Of a stretch of 64,000 nucleotides of DNA, positions 63,336-64,000 are shown one piece after another. The notes under the pieces were generated by a model. The model was given only the letters and a program-made list of their open reading frames with translations. It did not search any database and was not told where the DNA came from. Positions within the stretch are counted from its first letter, which is position 1; each line of letters starts with the position of its first letter. The stretch is from Lama glama (lineage: Eukaryota). Position numbers and translations under genes: made by a program. The DNA is taken from the NCBI GenBank assembly GCA_028534125.1, contig CM052816.1, positions 82,276,001-82,340,000 on the forward strand, given 5' to 3'.

Positions 63336-64000
63336 GACTTTTTCTTTTGTTCACAAAGTAACAAAATTAAAAGAGAAAACTGAAAAGAATAAAAAAAGGT
63401 TTTATTTAAACATTCCTAAGTTTACTGTTCAGGAGAAGTGAGATCATTGGCACGCAATGGGTTTCACCATTCTTCAGCTAGTATTTCTTTATTCCTGTCA
63501 GATTTAATAAGGACTATAATAAAACTTAGAGAAAACATTAAGCTGCTGACACTTGAAATATCCAGTTAGAAAATGTGATGTTCCCTCTATTTTCACTCCC
63601 CTGGTTCCTGACTGTATTAAGTGGGTTTATTTGAGGGCAAGCTAGGTCATGAGAGAACTTATTCTGGACGACAGATTATACTGAGCCTGGGCTGATATGT
63701 TCCCATCACACTGCACTGTAATGGATGAAGTGTTTTTTGGGCTTCCTTCTATTTTATCATTGGGTTACCAGCTCACTTGGGTCAGATGAGTTCCTCTTAG
63801 AGCCACACCCTTACTGCTGGAGCTCAGTCCCTCCAGAAACAATCTCCACAGTCAGCTTCAAGATTTTAAGTGTGATCATGTTTGATGAAAAGATCAATCT
63901 GAAGTCCATGGGAAGAAAGGTTGGGGAAGGGTGAGAGCGAGAGTAGGAGACCAGATGGAAGACTGGTGCAGTAGCCCAGGCCAGGAACCAAGAGAGAGAT

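Noticed and set aside
1..64000. ORF-track entries as real genes
   Set aside because: All are 144 aa or shorter, many start at TTG/GTG (bacterial rules applied to mammalian DNA), and none resembles a host protein. The recognisable ones are L1 or CR1 fossils.

Overview
AT-rich, CpG-depleted mammalian genomic DNA, intergenic or inside a large intron. It is most likely camelid (camel/alpaca/llama), judging by two young tRNA-derived SINEs and artiodactyl-type L1 3' ends. I recognise no host protein-coding gene, tRNA or rRNA gene. The listed ORFs are short chance ORFs or transposon fossils (L1 ORF2, CR1 RT). Much of the window is interspersed repeat: L1, L2, CR1/L3, MIR, MaLR/ERVL/ERV1 solo LTRs, and hAT and Tigger DNA transposons, several nested with visible target-site duplications. 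Between these are repeat-poor blocks rich in homeodomain/TALE motifs that look like conserved non-coding elements. Also noted: a few candidate orphan exons and a small ORF, two TTAA-anchored hairpins, and some structurally odd L1 insertions. Repeat family names come from my recall of consensus sequences, not from a database search, and boundaries of old repeats are approximate. I found no convincing novel system; the findings are modest leads.
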